NCBI GenBank assembly: GCA_018066065.1
Contig: JAGHSC010000173.1
Span: 1 to 46,147, forward strand
Direction: 5' to 3'
DNA length: 46,147 bases
Source of the DNA: Candidatus Cryptobacteroides faecihippi
GTDB lineage: Bacteria; Bacteroidota; Bacteroidia; Bacteroidales; UBA932
In this document: piece by piece, positions 26,531-35,843 of the stretch
Layout of the letters: each line of letters begins with the position of its first letter
Position numbering within the stretch: position 1 is the first letter of the stretch
Notes under the pieces: generated by a model
What the model was told of the DNA's origin: nothing
Database searches by the model: none
The model's input: only the letters and a program-made list of their open reading frames with translations
Position numbers and translations under genes: made by a program

Positions 26531-28339
26531 TTACTCGCGGCAGGCCGCGATCTTTGCAATCAGCTTGTAGTAAGTGGATTTCTCCGTGCGCTCGGTCTTG
26601 TCCTTGTGGGCAATGACCATGTTGAGCCTCGGAAGGACAGTCATGTACTGTCCGCCTGAACCGGTGGCTGTGTAGCCGTCACCGTAGACTGACTCGTCGT
26701 AGCCCTCGAAATCCTTGCAGAAAAGCCACCAGAGGTAGCCGTAGTCGAATTCCTTCCTGTGCCTTGATGCCGGATTCATCTCTGCCCTTGGAGTGAAGAT
26801 CGAGGTCGTTGTCTTGACCCAGTCCTCTGAGATTACCTGGGTGCCGTTCCAACTGCCCTTGTTGAGCATGAGGTAGGCGATCCTGGCCATGTCCCTTGTC
26901 GACAGCCAGAAGTGGTAGGCGAGGAAGTTCGACAGGGTCGGGTCCGTGATTCCGGTCTTGTGCTGGTTGTCGATCTTGTAGTCCTGCATTCCCACAGGGA
27001 TGGCGATGTCTTCCATGAAGGCGTCGTAGATGTCCTTTCCGGTGAGCTTTTCGAATATTCCTCCAAGGCAGTTGAAGTCCCAGTTGTTGTAGAGGTAGTA
27101 GGTGCCTGGGGCCATGCTGCCGCGCTCGGGTGCGTATTTGGTATCGTCTCCGTCATTGGCGGCTGGGTGGTAGACTCCGCTTCGCGCGGTGAGAAGGTTC
27201 CTGACCGTGGCCTTTTTCTCTGAAGGGAGAAGACCTCCCTTGTCGTCTATTCCAAGATCCTCGAGAGTCGCATCGAGGTCGATTGCCCCGCTTGCCACAT
27301 ATTTGCCGTAAAGCATTGACATCAAACTCTTTCTGCAAGAGGCAATCCTGACCGGTTCCTCAAGGTCGCCCATCGAGAAGATGACCTTCCCACCGACGAT
27401 GACCATGATGCTGGTGGTCGTGTAGTCCTCCTGGATGGTCTTCCTGAGGGCCTCGAGCTTCTCGGAGCTGTAGCCCATGGATTCAGGGGTGACGGTCTCC
27501 CAGTTCTCTCCTGGGTAGGAAGCCATGTGCCAGCGGTCCGCAATCACCTCGGGGATCCTTTCCTCAAGGGTGTAGGTGTAGCTCTCGTAGAGATTCATTC
27601 CGACGACATCGTGGCAGATCACCACCTTGCTTCCGCCCTTGGTGAAGGTGTAGTCAAGCCTGAACTTCTTTCCGTGAAGACCGGGGCATGGGATTAGCTT
27701 GAGCTTGATGTTGTGGTACTCGGAGCCGATGTGCATCTCCTTTCCCGGCGCGAAGGTGACCTTGTCACCGCAGGAACCGTCCGGATCCGGGGTCAGCTTG
27801 CCTGTGCCGGTGTCCAGGAGTGCATCTCCGCAGATGATTCCGCCTTCAGCGCTAAGTGCGATGCTCTCGAGGTTCCAGTCCTTGTAGGTTTGGTTCCTTG
27901 AGCTTAGCTTGATGATGATGTTGGATGTCCTTGCTGCCATGTCACAGCTTGCAGCCATCTTTCCTGCTCCCTTGACGGCAGCGTGCCCGAAATTGATGGG
28001 CAGGCAGTCGCCGTCCTGGACCGCAGGTACCGTGAACTTCATCTTTCCGTCATGGAACTCAGGAGCGTCCTGGAAAGGGGAGTAGATGAACATGCTGTAC
28101 TCCCTGCCGTTCCTTGCGCCTTTGGCCTTGGCAGTGAAGATCCCCGATTCAGCATCTGACGGGGTGGCTGCAGCGTTGGACACCCTGACTGTCTTCCCCT
28201 CGCAGAGGAAGACTCCTGACTTTGTGTCTGTGGACCATTTGTCAACCGATGAATTGCTGTCGCTTATTGTCAGTGTCTGCGCCGGGAGACTGATTCCGGT
28301 GAGAGAAGCGGCGATGAAAAGGAGTATTGAACGTTTCAT
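26531..28339 (-). CDS. Secreted (signal peptidase I) paralog of 23557-25422: fimbrillin-like domain plus beta-lactamase-family serine hydrolase
   Basis: MKRSILLFIAASLTGISLPA|Q with no lipobox; YPGENWE, ASCRKS, YLYNNWDFNC, FDYGYLWWLFCK, ATGSGGQY. Confidence 0.8.
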   Translation of the reverse strand: MKRSILLFIAASLTGISLPAQTLTISDSNSSVDKWSTDTKSGVFLCEGKTVRVSNAAATPSDAESGIFTAKAKGARNGREYSMFIYSPFQDAPEFHDGKMKFTVPAVQDGDCLPINFGHAAVKGAGKMAASCDMAARTSNIIIKLSSRNQTYKDWNLESIALSAEGGIICGDALLDTGTGKLTPDPDGSCGDKVTFAPGKEMHIGSEYHNIKLKLIPCPGLHGKKFRLDYTFTKGGSKVVICHDVVGMNLYESYTYTLEERIPEVIADRWHMASYPGENWETVTPESMGYSSEKLEALRKTIQEDYTTTSIMVIVGGKVIFSMGDLEEPVRIASCRKSLMSMLYGKYVASGAIDLDATLEDLGIDDKGGLLPSEKKATVRNLLTARSGVYHPAANDGDDTKYAPERGSMAPGTYYLYNNWDFNCLGGIFEKLTGKDIYDAFMEDIAIPVGMQDYKIDNQHKTGITDPTLSNFLAYHFWLSTRDMARIAYLMLNKGSWNGTQVISEDWVKTTTSIFTPRAEMNPASRHRKEFDYGYLWWLFCKDFEGYDESVYGDGYTATGSGGQYMTVLPRLNMVIAHKDKTERTEKSTYYKLIAKIAACRE

Positions 28340-28397
28340 TGCACTATGATATCGTCTTCTGATTGAGTTATTGCCGATGTTTGGGCGGTAGTTGTGG

Positions 28398-28405
28398 CAA
28401 AATTA
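28398..28405 (-). promoter_or_regulatory. -7 element for the 26531-28339 hydrolase
   Basis: Reverse complement is TAATTTTG (followed by C), in the AT-rich divergent spacer. Confidence 0.55.
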
Positions 28406-28435
28406 AAAAATATATGGTAACTTAGAACTTTCTAA

Positions 28436-29596
28436 ATGAATCAAATGATGAAAATCCCCATAAGATGTGCAGTTGCTGCGGCGTTGCTTGCCGGCAGCAT
28501 CCTCAATGCTGACGCCCAGCAGAAGAGAATGAGGGACTGGTGCGGTTTCGGACCAGGTGTGATGAAGACGGGCGAGTACAACGCAATCACCGACGTCCCG
28601 GGTGTGAAGGTGGGTCATGTCACCCTCAACCAGGGAGATGACATGAGAACCGGTGTCACGGCCATCCTGCCTCATGACGGCAACCTCTTCAGGTCCAAGG
28701 TTCCGGCTGCGGTCAATGTCGGCAATGGATTCGGCAAGCTGGCAGGAACGACCCAGGTCATGGAACTCGGCAACATCGAATCCCCGATCATCCTGACAAA
28801 CACCCTCAATGTGGCTGAAGGCCTCATCGGCGGCATCGAGTGGACACTTGCCCAGCCAGGCAATGAGTCTGTCCGTTCGGTCAACATCGTCGTGGGAGAG
28901 ACCAATGACGGCGAACTCAACAACATCAGGGCAAGATACGTGACCAAGGACGATGTCATCAAGGCCATCGAGACGGCCAAGGGCGGTCCGGTCGAGGAAG
29001 GCTGTGTCGGAGCCGGCACCGGCACCGTCGCCTTCGGACTCAAGGGAGGCATCGGAACATCTTCCCGCGTGCTTCCGGAATCAATGGGCGGCTACACGGT
29101 GGGTGTCCTTGTCCAGACCAACTACGGTGGAGTACTCGAGGTCGACGGCGTTCCTGTAGGACAGCTTACCAACCACTATACCTTCAGGAGCAGGATCATC
29201 GCCGATGTGGATGGATCCTGCATGATCGTCGTCGCAACCGACGCACCTGTCGATGCCCGCAACCTTGAAAGGATAGCCAAGCGCGCGATTCTCGGCCTCG
29301 GAAAGACCGGCGGCATCGCTGCGAACGGAAGCGGTGACTATGCAATCGCATTCTCCACCTGCCCTGAGAACCTCATCGACGGAAGGACACAGGCCTACAA
29401 GCCTGAGCTCCTCTACAATGATGACATGTCGGGACTTTTCATGGCAACCATCGAGGCAACCGAGGAGGCTCTGTGGGACTCTCTCTTCTGCGCCGAGGAC
29501 ACAAAGGGTGTCAATGGCAACTTCGTTCCGGCAATGGACAAGAAGAAGGTTGCAAAGTATCTCAAGGATTCACGCAAGGCAGTAGGACTCAAGTAG
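28436..29596 (+). CDS. dmpA: DmpA/P1 (S58)-family aminopeptidase (L-aminopeptidase/D-Ala-amidase or beta-peptidyl aminopeptidase type), exported
   Basis: NAITDVPGVKVGH, RTGVTAILP, NGFGKLAG, VGETNDG, VGAGTG, KGGIGTSSR, autocleavage site DG|SCMIVVATDAP, NGSGDYAIAFST; signal peptide ending ADA|Q. Confidence 0.88.
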   Translation: MNQMMKIPIRCAVAAALLAGSILNADAQQKRMRDWCGFGPGVMKTGEYNAITDVPGVKVGHVTLNQGDDMRTGVTAILPHDGNLFRSKVPAAVNVGNGFGKLAGTTQVMELGNIESPIILTNTLNVAEGLIGGIEWTLAQPGNESVRSVNIVVGETNDGELNNIRARYVTKDDVIKAIETAKGGPVEEGCVGAGTGTVAFGLKGGIGTSSRVLPESMGGYTVGVLVQTNYGGVLEVDGVPVGQLTNHYTFRSRIIADVDGSCMIVVATDAPVDARNLERIAKRAILGLGKTGGIAANGSGDYAIAFSTCPENLIDGRTQAYKPELLYNDDMSGLFMATIEATEEALWDSLFCAEDTKGVNGNFVPAMDKKKVAKYLKDSRKAVGLK

Positions 29597-29597
29597 C

Positions 29598-30788
29598 ATG
29601 AAGAAGATTTTCTCCAACATCCTTTTCTGGCTTCTCGTAGCCATCATCCTGGGCATCGTCTCCGGCCTTTTCATCGGCGAGGGTGGCGTCAAGGGCGTCA
29701 TGGTGCTGAAGCAGATTATCGGCCAGGTCATCTTCTTCCTTGTACCGCTGATCATCATCGGATTCATCGCTCCATCGATCGCATCGATGCAGGGAAACAC
29801 ATCGAAGATCCTTCTCTTCATCTTTGCGGTTGCCTATCTCTCGACTGAAGGTGCAGCCCTGCTCGCCATCGGCATGGGCAAGGTCGTCATCCCTTGGCTT
29901 GAGATAACGGAAGCGACATCGCTTGCGGCTCTCCCGCAGTCTGTGTTCAATCTTGAAATCGCACCTGTGATGAGTGTGATGAGCGCCCTTGTGCTCTCCA
30001 TATTCCTCGGAATCGGTGTCTCCTGGATCAAGTCAGCCGAGTTTGCCAAGCTTCTCGAGCAGTTCCGTTCAATAGTATTGCTCCTGGTGAAGAGGATCCT
30101 CATCCCGCTGCTCCCATTCTATGTCGCCTCGAACTTCTGTCTGCTGACCTACAGGGGATTCCTCCCGCAGCTGAAGATATTCGTGCTTGTGATCCTTGTG
30201 GCCGTCATCGGTCATTACATCTGGCTTGCCATCCTCTATGCTGTTGCAGCCATCTATTCCGGGAAGAACAGCCTCAAGGTGCTGAAGAAGTATCCAAGGG
30301 CTTATTTCACCGCTCTCGGAACCATGTCTTCCGCAGCCTCGCTGGGCGTGGCTCTGGATTGCGCACATTCATGTGACCTTATCGATGACGAGGTGGCGGA
30401 TTACAGCGTCCCTCTCTTCAACAACATCCATCTCTGCGGCTCCGTGCTTTCCGTCGTTCTCTTTGTCTGTGCAGTGTCGCAGGTGCTCTATGGAAGCATG
30501 CCGACAGTGGGATCGATGGTGGTCTTCGTGCTGATCCTTGGTGTCATCGCAATCGGTGCCCCTGGCGTACCGGGTGGAACGATCATGGCTTCGATCGGCC
30601 TCATCACCACGATTCTCGTCGTCCCGGGTGCTCCGGGGGGACATCTCGGCGACTCTGCCGCAGCCATCCTGATCACGATGTTCACGATCCAGGACTGCTT
30701 CGGGTCCGCATGCAACCTTACCGGTGACGGTGCCCTCACTCTCATCGTAAACACCTACGTGAGGAGAAACCACACAAAAATCTCCTGA
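29598..30788 (+). CDS. Dicarboxylate/amino acid:cation symporter (DAACS family)
   Basis: Polytopic; TALGTMSSAASL, NIHLCGS, APGVPGG, QDCFGSACNLTGDGA. Confidence 0.88.
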   Translation: MKKIFSNILFWLLVAIILGIVSGLFIGEGGVKGVMVLKQIIGQVIFFLVPLIIIGFIAPSIASMQGNTSKILLFIFAVAYLSTEGAALLAIGMGKVVIPWLEITEATSLAALPQSVFNLEIAPVMSVMSALVLSIFLGIGVSWIKSAEFAKLLEQFRSIVLLLVKRILIPLLPFYVASNFCLLTYRGFLPQLKIFVLVILVAVIGHYIWLAILYAVAAIYSGKNSLKVLKKYPRAYFTALGTMSSAASLGVALDCAHSCDLIDDEVADYSVPLFNNIHLCGSVLSVVLFVCAVSQVLYGSMPTVGSMVVFVLILGVIAIGAPGVPGGTIMASIGLITTILVVPGAPGGHLGDSAAAILITMFTIQDCFGSACNLTGDGALTLIVNTYVRRNHTKIS

Positions 30789-30793
30789 CGAAG

Positions 30794-31765
30794 ATGAGAC
30801 TCCTGCTAGCAATACTTGCCATCCTTCCGATGATCAGGCCGGACTATCTCAGGCCTGGCGACAAAGTAGCGATAATCTCACCATCCTATGCCATCACCGA
30901 CAGCGTGGCACTTCGCCGCGGTTGCGACGCCCTCAGGTCATGGGGCCTGGAGCCGGTAATGGGAAAGTATGTCTATCTCGATCCAGTGAAGGATTCGAAG
31001 GGGCGCAGCCGCAATGTCTACGCCGGTACTCTCGAACAGCGTCTGGAGGACCTGAAGTGGGCCTACGAGGCTGACAGCATCAAGGCCATTGTCTGCGCGC
31101 GCGGAGGGTATGGAGGCATCCAGCTGTTGCCGATGCTTCCTCTTTCCACATATTCAGAGCATCCAAAGTGGCTGGTTGGCTTCAGCGACATCACCAATTT
31201 CATCGCTGCATCCACAATGGCAGGCGTGATGTCCATCCATGGCAACATGATCTCGTCCATCGGCGCAGAGAAGGTTCCGGATGAGTACAGCATCGCCATG
31301 AAGGACATGCTTTTCGGCAATGTCCCGGGCTATGGTGTCGAGCACAATGAGCACGATGTCCCCGGTCATGCCACAGGCGTCCTGGTCGGTGGAAACATGA
31401 TCACATACCAGGCTTTGCTTGGCACACGCTACGACACGACCCAGCTTGAGGATGTGATCCTCTTCTTCGAGGAGGTCGAGGAAAGCATGCATGCGATCGA
31501 CAGGATCCTCAATGCCATGATGCTGCAGGGCAGGCTCGGCAATGTGAAAGGCATCATCGTCGGCATCATGCACAAGTGCGGCAAGGAGCTGATGACTTAC
31601 GAGGACGTCTATGATGTCCTTTCGCAGTACACTGCCGATTTCGGCATCCCTGTGTGCTACGGTTTCCCTTCCGGGCATGGCAAGGTCAACATGCCTCTGA
31701 TGATGGGTGCCGAGGTGACTCTTGACGTCACCGAAGAAGGTTCTACGATTAAATACAATCTCTGA
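30794..31765 (+). CDS. ldcA: LD-carboxypeptidase (peptidase S66)
   Basis: LRPGDKVAIISPS, ARGGYG, GFSDIT (Ser), GGN, FFEEV (Glu), FPSGHG (His). Confidence 0.88.
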   Translation: MRLLLAILAILPMIRPDYLRPGDKVAIISPSYAITDSVALRRGCDALRSWGLEPVMGKYVYLDPVKDSKGRSRNVYAGTLEQRLEDLKWAYEADSIKAIVCARGGYGGIQLLPMLPLSTYSEHPKWLVGFSDITNFIAASTMAGVMSIHGNMISSIGAEKVPDEYSIAMKDMLFGNVPGYGVEHNEHDVPGHATGVLVGGNMITYQALLGTRYDTTQLEDVILFFEEVEESMHAIDRILNAMMLQGRLGNVKGIIVGIMHKCGKELMTYEDVYDVLSQYTADFGIPVCYGFPSGHGKVNMPLMMGAEVTLDVTEEGSTIKYNL

Positions 31766-33081
31766 TGACTGATTTGATAACCAAGATAAGCGATTTCGTC
31801 TGCGGGTATCCGCTCTTTGTCCTTCTCATCGGAGGAGGCTTGTTCCTCTTCATCTATTCCGGAGCCATACCGATCCGCAAGTTCGGTTCCGCGATCAAGG
31901 CTCTGGGCTACAAGTCGGACGGAGAAGGCCAGATCAGCTCGCTCCAGGCGTTGATGACGACCATCAGCTCAACCGTGGGCATGGGAAACATCGCCGGTGT
32001 CGCAATCGCGATCTGCATGGGCGGTCCCGGTGCAATCTTCTGGATGTGGGTCAGCGCCCTCCTGGGAATGGCGACCAAGTTCTTCGAAGGTACTCTTGCC
32101 ATCATGTACCGTGGACGTGACGGACAGGGCAATGTAAAGGGTGGACCGATGTACATGATGACCGAGGGCATCAGCCCGAGGATGAAGCCTCTTGCAATCT
32201 TCTTCGCAAGCTTCGGAATGATTGGCTGCTTCTGCGTGATGCAGGCAAACCAGCTGACCGAGTCCATCACTACTGTCATCACCGAACCGATGGGAATCCA
32301 GACAACGATCATGGTCAAGCTCATCATCGGAGTCGTCATGGCTTCGCTCGTGACAGTGGTTGTACTTGGCGGCATCAACCGCATCTCCAGCCTCGCCACC
32401 AAGATTGTCCCCTTCATGGTTTCAATCTACTTCCTTCTGGTCCTCGTCGTGGTCGTTCTCTACTTCGACAGGATCCCTGGAGTCTTTGCCGACATCGTAC
32501 GTTCGGCCTTCGACTTCAAGGCTGGCTTCGGTGCCCTGGCAGGCATCGCGATAATTGGCGCCAGAAGAGCCATGTATGTCAATGAGGCAGGTGTCGGCAC
32601 GGCATCCCTCATGCATGGATCGTCCAAGAACAACGATCCTGTCCGCGAGGGACTTGTCGCCATGCTTGGACCTGCCATCGATTCTGGCCTTGTCTGCACG
32701 CTCACCGCGATTCCTATCCTCATCGCCGGCAACTACAACGTCGATGGCGTCAAGGGTCTTGCAATCGCTCTCAACTCCTACGAGACTCTCCTTCCTGGAT
32801 GGGGCAAGTACATGCTTGTGCTTGTGGTGACCTTCTTCGCCTTCTCCACGATGTTCTCATATTCAATCTATGGGATCAAGTGCGCTTCATACCTTTTCGG
32901 CGAGGAGCGGGGCGAGTGGTACAAGTACCTCTATCTCTTCATCATCCTTGTCTCCTGCGTGGTGTCGCTGAGCACCGTGGTCAGTGTGATGGACTTCGCC
33001 TTCGCGATGATGGCGTTCGCGACCATGACAACCATCCTGAGGCTTTCTCCAAGGGTCAAGGCTCTCATAAGGAAGAAGTGA
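31765..33081 (+). CDS. Alanine/glycine:cation symporter (AGCS family)
   Basis: TVGMGNIAGVA, GGPGAIFWMW, GGPMY, NEAGVGT; TGATG overlap with ldcA. Confidence 0.92.
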   Translation: MTDLITKISDFVCGYPLFVLLIGGGLFLFIYSGAIPIRKFGSAIKALGYKSDGEGQISSLQALMTTISSTVGMGNIAGVAIAICMGGPGAIFWMWVSALLGMATKFFEGTLAIMYRGRDGQGNVKGGPMYMMTEGISPRMKPLAIFFASFGMIGCFCVMQANQLTESITTVITEPMGIQTTIMVKLIIGVVMASLVTVVVLGGINRISSLATKIVPFMVSIYFLLVLVVVVLYFDRIPGVFADIVRSAFDFKAGFGALAGIAIIGARRAMYVNEAGVGTASLMHGSSKNNDPVREGLVAMLGPAIDSGLVCTLTAIPILIAGNYNVDGVKGLAIALNSYETLLPGWGKYMLVLVVTFFAFSTMFSYSIYGIKCASYLFGEERGEWYKYLYLFIILVSCVVSLSTVVSVMDFAFAMMAFATMTTILRLSPRVKALIRKK

Positions 33082-33111
33082 CATCAAGACATAACTAAAG
33101 AAAGACATACC

Positions 33112-34590
33112 ATGAACAAGTACGTTTTGGCCCTCGATCAGGGTACAAGCAGCTCCAGGGCAATTGTCTTCGACCATGAGGGCAAGGCCTGCTCTGTAAG
33201 CCAGAAGGAGTTCACCCAGCATTTCCCGAAACCGGGCTGGGTTGAGCACGACCCGATGGAAATCTGGGCATCTGAATATGCTGTCATGACAGAGGCGGTG
33301 GCAACACTCGGCCTCGGTGGCAATGATCTGGCTGCGATAGGCATCACCAACCAGCGCGAGACAACGATTGTCTGGGATGCCGCCACGGGAAAACCGGTCT
33401 ACAATGCCATCGTCTGGCAGGACCGCAGGACGTCCGACTTCTGCGACAGCCTCAAGGCAGATGGCCTTACCGACTTCATCCGCTCCAAGACGGGACTTCT
33501 CATCGATGCCTATTTCAGCGGCACGAAGATCCGCTGGATCCTGGACAATGTCCCGGGAGCACGCGAAAAGGCCGAGAGGGGAGAGCTCCGTTTCGGAACC
33601 GTCGATTCCTGGCTCGTCTGGACCCTTACCGGAGGAACTGTCCACATCACCGATGTGACCAATGCCTCCAGGACCATGCTCCTCAACATCCACACTCTTG
33701 AATGGGATGCGGAACTTCTTGAGATTCTTGGAGTTCCTGCTTCAATGATGCCTGAGGTCAAGTCCTGCTCCGAAGTCTATGGGCAGACATCCCTTCTCGG
33801 TGGGCAGGTTCCTGTCTCCGGAATCGCCGGTGACCAGCAGTCTGCACTATTCGGACAGATGTGCACGGCTCCGGGCTCCGTGAAGAACACGTACGGTACC
33901 GGCTGCTTCCTCCTGATGAACAGCGGAACCAAGCCGATCATGTCAAGGAACAATCTCCTTACCACGATTGCATGGAAGATCGGCGACACCGTGAACTATG
34001 CCCTCGAAGGCAGTATCTTCGTGGCCGGTTCGGTTGTCCAGTGGCTTCGTGACGGTCTCGGGATCATCAAGACTTCGTCTGAGGTCGAGGCTCTTGCATC
34101 AAGCGTCCCTGACAACGGAGGTGTCTACTTTGTCCCTGCTCTCACCGGACTCGGCGCTCCTTACTGGGATCAGTACGCAAAGGGTACCATCGTCGGCATC
34201 ACCCGTGGTACCACTGCCGCCAACATCGCCCGTGCTGCGCTTGAGGGAATCGCCTTCCAGACCATGGACATCGTAGCTGCCATGGAGAAGGATGCCGGTG
34301 TTTCCCTTAAGGAACTCAAGGTGGATGGAGGCGCATCCAGGAACAACCTTCTCATGCAGTTCCAGGCTGATGTCATCGGTGCCGATGTCATCCGTCCGCA
34401 GGTCACCGAGACCACGGCTCTCGGCGCCGCCTACCTTGCCGGCCTGGCAGTAGGCTACTGGAGCGGCATCGACGAGATCAAGACCCAGTGGAAGGCTGAA
34501 AGGGTGTTCTCGCCTTCAGCATCCGAGGAAACTGTAAAGGCGGCGAAGGCCGGCTGGGCAGATGCAATTGGAAGAACAATCACGGAATAA
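33112..34590 (+). CDS. glpK: Glycerol kinase
   Basis: [60 protein letters not shown]. Confidence 0.97.
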   Translation: MNKYVLALDQGTSSSRAIVFDHEGKACSVSQKEFTQHFPKPGWVEHDPMEIWASEYAVMTEAVATLGLGGNDLAAIGITNQRETTIVWDAATGKPVYNAIVWQDRRTSDFCDSLKADGLTDFIRSKTGLLIDAYFSGTKIRWILDNVPGAREKAERGELRFGTVDSWLVWTLTGGTVHITDVTNASRTMLLNIHTLEWDAELLEILGVPASMMPEVKSCSEVYGQTSLLGGQVPVSGIAGDQQSALFGQMCTAPGSVKNTYGTGCFLLMNSGTKPIMSRNNLLTTIAWKIGDTVNYALEGSIFVAGSVVQWLRDGLGIIKTSSEVEALASSVPDNGGVYFVPALTGLGAPYWDQYAKGTIVGITRGTTAANIARAALEGIAFQTMDIVAAMEKDAGVSLKELKVDGGASRNNLLMQFQADVIGADVIRPQVTETTALGAAYLAGLAVGYWSGIDEIKTQWKAERVFSPSASEETVKAAKAGWADAIGRTITE

Positions 34591-34607
34591 CTACAAACTC
34601 AACAGTC

Positions 34608-35324
34608 ATGAATCCATATCTTGCTGAATTTCTTGGCACTCTAGTGCTTATCCTCATCGGCGACGGTGTCTGTGCTTGCACCAGCCTTGAAGGTTCCAAG
34701 GGCAAAGGCGGCGGCTGGGTGGTCGTCACACTGGCATGGGGACTTGCCGTAATGTGCGGAGTCTTCATTGCAGGCCCTTATTCAGGAGCACACCTCAATC
34801 CTGCTGTCTCCATCGGCCTTGCCATCGCGGGCTCCCTCGCATGGTCAATGGTTCCGGGATTCATCATCGCACAGATGGCCGGCGGCTTCTGCGGTGCCCT
34901 TCTCGTCTACGCATTCTACAAGGATCACTATGATGCAACGGCATGCCCTGACACCAAGATTGGTACCTTCTGCACCATGCCTGCGATCGAGGGACACAAG
35001 CTTCGCAACCTCTTCTGCGAGGCGGTTGCCACTTGGCTGCTGCTCTTCTCCATCCTGATGTTCTCGGCTGAGGGAAATGAAGGCCTCTCGGAAATCGGAC
35101 CACTTCCTGTCACGATGCTGATCATGGCCATCGGCATGGCTCTCGGAGGAGCCACAGGCTATGCCATCAACCCTGCCCGTGACCTTGCACCGAGACTCGC
35201 ACATGCGATTGTCCCATTCAAGAGCCAGAAGCGCGACAGCGGCTGGGCCTACAGCTGGGTTCCGGTTGCCGGTCCTGTCATCGGTGCTGCAGCTGCCGCA
35301 GCTTGTTATCTGATCATCTTCTAA
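34608..35324 (+). CDS. glpF: Glycerol uptake facilitator (MIP/aquaglyceroporin)
   Basis: SGAHLNPAV and GYAINPARD NPA boxes; adjacent to glpK. Confidence 0.93.
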   Translation: MNPYLAEFLGTLVLILIGDGVCACTSLEGSKGKGGGWVVVTLAWGLAVMCGVFIAGPYSGAHLNPAVSIGLAIAGSLAWSMVPGFIIAQMAGGFCGALLVYAFYKDHYDATACPDTKIGTFCTMPAIEGHKLRNLFCEAVATWLLLFSILMFSAEGNEGLSEIGPLPVTMLIMAIGMALGGATGYAINPARDLAPRLAHAIVPFKSQKRDSGWAYSWVPVAGPVIGAAAAAACYLIIF

Positions 35325-35339
35325 CTAACTCCAATAGAA

Positions 35340-35819
35340 ATGAAAACTCGTCTATCAATCATCTTACTTGCCGTTGCCGCTCTGTTTTCATCATGCGGTA
35401 CGACAGCTGTCACCCCTGCTGAAGTCGCAAGGTACAGCAACTCGATCATCAACCACGACCTGGTGATCGACATCATCAGCATCCAGCCATCAAAGGGTGC
35501 GATAAGATACCCTGGTGGAGCATGTTTCTTCACGATCAAGGACGGCACCATCGACGGCAGACTCCCATTCTTCGGAGATGCCTTCAACAGCCTTTTCAGC
35601 GGTGACGACGTAAGCTATGTCTTCAACAAGAGTGCAATCGACATCACCGAGAACTTCACAAAGGCGGAAAAGGGTCGCTACATCTACACGTTCGACGCCC
35701 AGACTGCAGGAAGGGAGAAGGTTTCATTCGTCATAACCTTCACCAAGTCAGGCAGGGCTGACATCATTGCAAAGTGCACCAACCGCTCCCTGATGACCTA
35801 CACCGGCCAGATCCGCTAG
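35340..35819 (+). CDS. Small lipoprotein, DUF4251-like
   Basis: Lipobox FSSC; beta-rich sequence with LPFFG and a terminal YTGQI. Confidence 0.6.
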   Translation: MKTRLSIILLAVAALFSSCGTTAVTPAEVARYSNSIINHDLVIDIISIQPSKGAIRYPGGACFFTIKDGTIDGRLPFFGDAFNSLFSGDDVSYVFNKSAIDITENFTKAEKGRYIYTFDAQTAGREKVSFVITFTKSGRADIIAKCTNRSLMTYTGQIR

Positions 35820-35843
35820 CTGGATCCGACCATAAAGTTCAGA

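Noticed and set aside
23557-28339. Beta-lactam resistance genes
   Set aside because: SxxK and YxN are present, but the third motif is ATG rather than KTG and the context is catabolic. The fold alone does not imply beta-lactamase activity.
23557-29596. Nylon-oligomer degradation (NylB-like plus NylC-like folds side by side)
   Set aside because: Only fold-level analogy; no specific sequence evidence visible.
35805-35843. Terminator between the convergent DUF4251-like and GH106 genes
   Set aside because: Only a short GATCC/GGATC dyad with no T-tract; too weak to call.
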